Below the pieces are notes generated by a model that was given only the letters and a program-made list of their open reading frames with translations, was not told the DNA's origin and searched no databases. Positions 58,586-64,000 of a DNA stretch of 64,000 nucleotides are shown here, piece by piece. Positions within the stretch are counted from its first letter, which is position 1. Each line of letters opens with the position of its first letter. Position numbers and translations under genes: made by a program. This DNA is from Pseudomonadales bacterium (lineage in GTDB: Bacteria; Pseudomonadota; Gammaproteobacteria; Pseudomonadales; UBA5518): NCBI GenBank assembly GCA_022072145.1, contig JAJVIG010000004.1, forward strand, positions 3,919-67,918, written 5' to 3'.

Positions 58586-58614
58586 ATCGTAGCGAGGACA
58601 GGGGTGTGCGTCAA
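58586..58614 (-). promoter_or_regulatory. Putative sigma70 promoter (TTGACG-17 nt-TACGAT) driving unit B
   Basis: The hexamers read on the minus strand with a 17-nt spacer. The predicted start falls within a few nt of the first P1 nucleotide of unit B. Confidence 0.4.
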
Positions 58615-58641
58615 TGCGGCCGCGCTCATTCACGTGCAATC

Positions 58642-58682
58642 CCGGTGTTGCAGGCCGGTTTCACCGTGACCTGCAACACCGG
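58642..58682. repeat. Perfect 13-bp inverted repeat (CCGGTGTTGCAGG - 15 nt - CCTGCAACACCGG)
   Basis: Read directly. It lies 15 nt downstream of the sulfotransferase stop. No U tract follows on either strand. Confidence 0.9.
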
Positions 58683-58696
58683 CCAGAGCTTGCGGG

Positions 58697-59956
58697 TCAG
58701 AGTTCGTCCGGTACGTCGAAATAGCGTTGATACCGGCGGAAGCACTGGCGTTTCTGGTGCGCCGCGTCGTCCTCGCCCACATCGTACTGGTGCGCGCCGA
58801 ACTTGCCCTGGGGCTTGCCTTCCAGATACCGGGCCATATGCGCCTCCACCTCGACGTCGAGGGGCAGGTCGATCTGCCGGTAGACCTTGCGCAAGGCCGC
58901 CAGGGGGGCGTCGATCAGATCGGCATAACGGGAATTGGCGCACTGCGCGCGGGGAATGGTGCCGTCTTCGAGCCAGTCGATGACCCGTTCCAGCCGCGCC
59001 GCCATGTGCTCCGCAGAGAGCAGGCTCTCGAAGGAAGTGACATCGAGAGGCTTGTCGCTGCGCATCCAGTAGAAGGTGCCGGCCAGATTGGTCACCGACG
59101 CCTGGGCCTTGAGCGGGTCGCGGTGGGTGAGCAGCACGCGGGCGTCGGGAAAGACCTTGAACAGGGTGGGCAGGTAGTTGAGGTGCGACGGTGCCTTCAG
59201 CAGCCAGTGCCGGCGCGGATTGCGCCATTGCCACAGCTGCAGCATCTTCCGGTAGAAGAGATAGGGATATTCCCAGTCGGTACGGGTGCCGAGCCATTCC
59301 ATGTAGCTGGGTACCTGGAACAGGAAGGGAATGTATTCGCTGACGAAGGTGCAGGCCTGGGCAATGATGCATTCGTTAGGCAGGCGTGCGTCCATCTCGT
59401 GCATGGTGGCATAGGTGGGCGTGACGCGGTTCCATTGGGTGATCAGGTGCTGGCAGCGCTCGATGCGCGGGTCGCTGTCGTAGGTGGCGCGCTCGGGCGG
59501 GGGGTAGGGGAACATCATTTCCCAGTGGCGCGGCGAACCGAAGCGCGGATCCTGGGAGAGCAGTTCGAAAAGTATGGAGGTGCCGGAACGGGACAGTCCG
59601 GCAATGATTACCGGGCGATCGATCTGTTCCCCGGCGATCTCGGGATGCGCCGTGAAGGCCGCCTGGACGCCGAGCAGCGCCTGCAGCCAGATCAGGATCT
59701 CGTTGCGGGTCATCAGGCGGCCGAAATAATGCAGTTCGGCCTCTTCGTCCAGCGACTTCAAAAGAACCTCGAAAGGTTCCCGCCAGCGGTCGTCGCCGAA
59801 GTCGGACAGACCCGTCGCGCGGCAGGCCGTGGCGATCAGTTCGTCCGCTTGCAATGGCACCAGGCTGCGCAGGTCCGTATATCGGCCTTCGGCGTTGAAC
59901 CGGGCCAGCCACTCGGGCCGTGGCGGGGGCTGCCAGCTCAGGGTGCCGTCGCTCAT
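58697..59956 (-). CDS. Sulfotransferase family protein (PAPS-dependent type)
   Basis: 419-aa ORF with 5'-PSB-like IIAGLSRSGTS and 3'-PB-like VLLTHRDPLKAQAS motifs. Confidence 0.88.
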   Translation of the reverse strand: MSDGTLSWQPPPRPEWLARFNAEGRYTDLRSLVPLQADELIATACRATGLSDFGDDRWREPFEVLLKSLDEEAELHYFGRLMTRNEILIWLQALLGVQAAFTAHPEIAGEQIDRPVIIAGLSRSGTSILFELLSQDPRFGSPRHWEMMFPYPPPERATYDSDPRIERCQHLITQWNRVTPTYATMHEMDARLPNECIIAQACTFVSEYIPFLFQVPSYMEWLGTRTDWEYPYLFYRKMLQLWQWRNPRRHWLLKAPSHLNYLPTLFKVFPDARVLLTHRDPLKAQASVTNLAGTFYWMRSDKPLDVTSFESLLSAEHMAARLERVIDWLEDGTIPRAQCANSRYADLIDAPLAALRKVYRQIDLPLDVEVEAHMARYLEGKPQGKFGAHQYDVGEDDAAHQKRQCFRRYQRYFDVPDEL

Positions 59957-59986
59957 CGTCGGTGCTCCATTGAAGATGGGGAGAGC

Positions 59987-61195
59987 TCAATAACCGAAGC
60001 GCCGGGTCACGCCCCGGCGTCGGGCAGCCAGCTGCTCGCGGCGTTCGTCGTGGCCGATGCGCTTGACGTTGCCGGGGAGCTGCGCAAAAAGTTCGGCCAG
60101 GGCCACCTGGGTTGCCTGGGGTACCGGCTGCTCATCCGAGAGCATCCAGCGGAAGGTGACGTAGCCGGCCGAAAATCCGGAACAATCGAGCCAGTTGGGT
60201 ACGCCGGGATCTTCGTGGGCCACCACCACGACAAGTTCGCCATCGTCCTCGCGCACCGCGTAGTGCATGTTGGTATTCGATAGCCGGTAGCGGTAGTCGA
60301 CCGTCTCCCACCACGAATTGCCGAATTCCACGCCCCAATACACGCACTTCTCCGGCGGTCTGACACGGATGACCAGGGCCTGGTCCGGCGGCAGTTCCCA
60401 ATAGCAGACCATGGGGTCGCCGCCCGGCGTGGCGTCGATGCGGTTCTTCTCCAGTTGCCAGTAGGACAGGAACTGGTTGCGGTAGGGTTTCCAGCGGGCC
60501 AGCATTTCCGGCCAGTACTCGACGGATTCCTTGAGCCAGCGCACGGAGTCGGTGAGGCCCTGCGCGAGGGCGGCCGGGGACGGGCAGGGGGGAGGGGTGT
60601 GCGGCCCCGAGACGCGGTCGATCTGCGCCCGCATCGGCCGCTCTGCCTCCCAATCGGCGAAATACTGACGGAAGGTGATACGGAAGGTGTCGGGCGTGGT
60701 TTTCAGCCAGTTGCCCGCGCCGCATCCGGGCGGACGCTCGGGGCCGATCCAGAGCTCGAAGCTGCCGTCTGCTGCGGTCTCGATCTGGTGCCCGAAGAGA
60801 ACGTCGGCGACACGGCCACCCCAGGGGGTCAGGCCGGTTTCCACTGCCACCACGGAGAAGTACCGGGAACTGCCGCGGTCACCGCAGATGCGGTAGGTGT
60901 CGGTGCCGTTGACCTGGGCGCCGACGTAGACGCAGTCGGAATTGTCCCCGCCCTGCTTGCGGGTCGGATCGAAATAGCGGGCCAGTTCCGGGAAGAGCGG
61001 GTCGCGATACTCGTAATGGAACTGCCAGGCGAGGGAAAGGTTGCGCATCAGCTGCAGGAAGCCTGCCGCCCGATCCAGGGGGCGATCCGGGACGTCGGGG
61101 CGCAGAGGAATGCGCCCGGCCTCCTTCAGGCGATCACAGAACTCGTCCCAGGCTTTGCCCAGCTCCCCGATTCCGTCTTCCCGGCCTTCGTTCAT
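59987..61195 (-). CDS. DUF1214-like family protein, paralog 3 (no signal peptide)
   Basis: 402-aa ORF colinear with paralogs 1 and 2 (GGDNSDCVY, WWETVDYRYR, EDPGVPNWLDCSG, RRGVTRRFGY). Lies 30 nt upstream of the sulfotransferase gene on the same strand. Confidence 0.75.
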   Translation of the reverse strand: MNEGREDGIGELGKAWDEFCDRLKEAGRIPLRPDVPDRPLDRAAGFLQLMRNLSLAWQFHYEYRDPLFPELARYFDPTRKQGGDNSDCVYVGAQVNGTDTYRICGDRGSSRYFSVVAVETGLTPWGGRVADVLFGHQIETAADGSFELWIGPERPPGCGAGNWLKTTPDTFRITFRQYFADWEAERPMRAQIDRVSGPHTPPPCPSPAALAQGLTDSVRWLKESVEYWPEMLARWKPYRNQFLSYWQLEKNRIDATPGGDPMVCYWELPPDQALVIRVRPPEKCVYWGVEFGNSWWETVDYRYRLSNTNMHYAVREDDGELVVVVAHEDPGVPNWLDCSGFSAGYVTFRWMLSDEQPVPQATQVALAELFAQLPGNVKRIGHDERREQLAARRRGVTRRFGY

Positions 61196-61230
61196 GGTCT
61201 ATCCTGATGCGATGTTGCGCGTGCCTTATG

Positions 61231-61246
61231 CATGACACTAGTCATG
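61231..61246. promoter_or_regulatory. Inverted repeat CATGAC-ACTA-GTCATG, candidate TetR operator
   Basis: 6-4-6 palindrome in the 108-nt AT-richer divergent region between the TetR gene and the DUF1214-3/sulfotransferase operon. Further short palindromes follow: GCATGC (61255-61260) and TACGTA (61261-61266). Confidence 0.35.
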
Positions 61247-61303
61247 TAATGGAAGCATGCTACGTAATTCGCCACGGTCACCGCAAGTCATCCGGAGAGC
61301 GTC

Positions 61304-61897
61304 ATGCCGAAAATCGTCGATAGCGACGAGCGTCGCGAGTTCATCGCCCGGATCGCTGCGGAAGTGATTGCCAGCGACGGCATCGAGCGCGCCACCATTC
61401 GCGAGATCGCCCGCCGGGCCGGGGCCACGCGGGGACTGGTGGAGCACCACTTCCGCAACAAGGCCGAAGTCATCGAGAGCGCGCTGGACTGGCTCAATCG
61501 ACGCTATCTCCGCCGGGAACGGAAGGTTCGCCAGGGCAAGGAAGGGCTGGACGCGCTGGAGGCGAGGATCCGCTGCTTCCTTCCGGTCAGCGCGGTCGCA
61601 CGGCGGGAGTGGCGTTTGCGCCTTCGCTTCTGGAGTTCCAACGATCCTTTGGTCCAGGCGGTGCAGCGGGCACGGCTCGGCGAAACACGACGTCTTTTTC
61701 GCGATGACATCGCCAGGGCCGTTGCGCTGGGACAGATGCCGGAGCCGCCCGACCTGTCCATCGTCGCCGAGCGGCTGCTCGCGCGCGTCGCCGGCCTCAG
61801 TGCGCAGGCGGTGGTCGATCACCAGCACTACAGCAGCGGCCGCTTGATGGCGGAACTCTCCGCGATGCTGGAGGAACTCCGGCAGGGGCGGTTCTAG
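61304..61897 (+). CDS. TetR/AcrR-family transcriptional regulator
   Basis: 197-aa ORF with the N-terminal HTH ATIREIARRAGATRGLVEHHFRNKAEV. Confidence 0.9.
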   Translation: MPKIVDSDERREFIARIAAEVIASDGIERATIREIARRAGATRGLVEHHFRNKAEVIESALDWLNRRYLRRERKVRQGKEGLDALEARIRCFLPVSAVARREWRLRLRFWSSNDPLVQAVQRARLGETRRLFRDDIARAVALGQMPEPPDLSIVAERLLARVAGLSAQAVVDHQHYSSGRLMAELSAMLEELRQGRF

Positions 61898-61987
61898 GGG
61901 CTGGTCGATATTGGGGGGATCGGGTCGAGGGTCACATGGGCGGGCGGTGCGTCAAGGCGTTGCCGCGCACACGTTACACCCGAATAC

Positions 61988-62016
61988 AAAAAGGGGGCCG
62001 CATTGCTGCAACCCCC
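61988..62016 (-). terminator. Intrinsic terminator of tRNA-Asn
   Basis: On the minus strand: GGGGGUUGCA-GCAA-UGCGGCCCCC, a 10-bp stem including two G-U pairs with a GNRA loop, followed by UUUUU. It starts 19 nt after the tRNA 3' end. Confidence 0.75.
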
Positions 62017-62035
62017 TGATGTTCCACTTCGAAAG

Positions 62036-62111
62036 TGGCTCCGCCTGTTGGGCTCGAACCAACGACCCGCTGATTAACAGTCAGCTGCTCTACCTGCTGA
62101 GCTAAGGCGGA
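62036..62111 (-). tRNA. tRNA-Asn (anticodon GUU), CCA encoded
   Basis: Cloverleaf folded by hand. Acceptor TCCGCCT/AGGCGGA, D arm GCTC/GAGC, anticodon arm GCTGA-CTGTTAA-TCAGC, T arm GTTGG-TTCGAGC-CCAAC, discriminator G plus CCA. Close to E. coli tRNA-Asn around GACUGUUAAUC. Confidence 0.97.
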
Positions 62112-62304
62112 ATGAAACGGTCTTCGTCGAGGCCGCGTATGTTAGTGAGGCCCTCCTGCGAGGTCAATACGAAAGCTTGGGGGCAAATGCACGTCGCCCG
62201 GCACCACGCCGCACGTCGATCCACGGGGGTCCGGTGGGCGTAGAATCAGCCGGTTTTTCGTGGCCGCCGGGACGTCTCGCGGCGCCAGTGCCGGACCCAG
62301 CCTG

Positions 62305-64000
<1,696 letters not shown>

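Noticed and set aside
58640-62035. Mobile element or integrase associated with tRNA-Asn
   Set aside because: No integrase, transposase, IS inverted repeats or duplicated tRNA 3' segment could be found in the window. Only the compositional shift is reported.
61911-62105. 64-aa plus-strand ORF
   Set aside because: It overlaps tRNA-Asn and its terminator on the opposite strand. The region is explained by the tRNA.
62112-62304. LexA/SOS box upstream of uvrB
   Set aside because: I scanned the 193-nt upstream region by eye and found no CTGT-N8-ACAG element and no Xanthomonas-type TTAGTA...TACTAA palindrome. Only a possible TAGAAT -10 element was seen.

Overview
High-GC (about 70% by hand counts) proteobacterial chromosome segment, probably gammaproteobacterial. 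No CRISPR array, rRNA, transposase or integrase was seen. (1) 1-30.6 kb is a conserved housekeeping block. On the minus strand it holds dapC-glnD-map. On the plus strand it holds rpsB-tsf-pyrH-frr-uppS-cdsA-dxr-rseP-bamA-skp-lpxD-fabZ-lpxA-lpxB-rnhB-dnaE-accA-tilS, one orphan gene, then SRP RNA (ffs)-dnaX-ybaB-recR-rnd-ycgL. Many junctions overlap as ATGA or GTGA. dnaX carries an E. coli-type -1 frameshift cassette. (2) 30.6-36 kb holds cysK preceded by a perfect (CT)14 microsatellite, a MoxR-type AAA+ ATPase/VWA pair, a SpoU/TrmH methyltransferase and small or membrane hypotheticals. (3) 36-52.3 kb is the most interesting coding region. It contains a bacterial ceramide/sphingolipid-type cluster: serine palmitoyltransferase-like enzyme, dedicated ACP, fatty-acyl-AMP ligase, large GNAT, two SDRs, metallophosphoesterase, MobA-like nucleotidyltransferase and an ELM1-like protein. 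Next to it lie lptG-lptF and a translationally coupled set of lipid kinase, Tam41/Mmp37-like nucleotidyltransferase, HMGL-type aldolase and KdsB-like cytidylyltransferase. I read this as a candidate anionic sphingolipid head-group pathway; that reading is inference. (4) 52.3-62 kb holds an LLM oxidoreductase, a CNNM/TlyC-type protein, three paralogs of a DUF1214-like family, a sulfotransferase and a TetR regulator. It also holds two tandem, covarying four-way-junction RNA units with their own promoter, terminator and antiterminator logic, upstream of a small His-rich ORF. I could not assign these units to a known riboswitch class. The last ~3.4 kb before tRNA-Asn is lower in GC. (5) tRNA-Asn(GUU) with its terminator, then a 5' partial uvrB. 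Most long ORFs in the track that run antisense to these genes are GC-driven artefacts.
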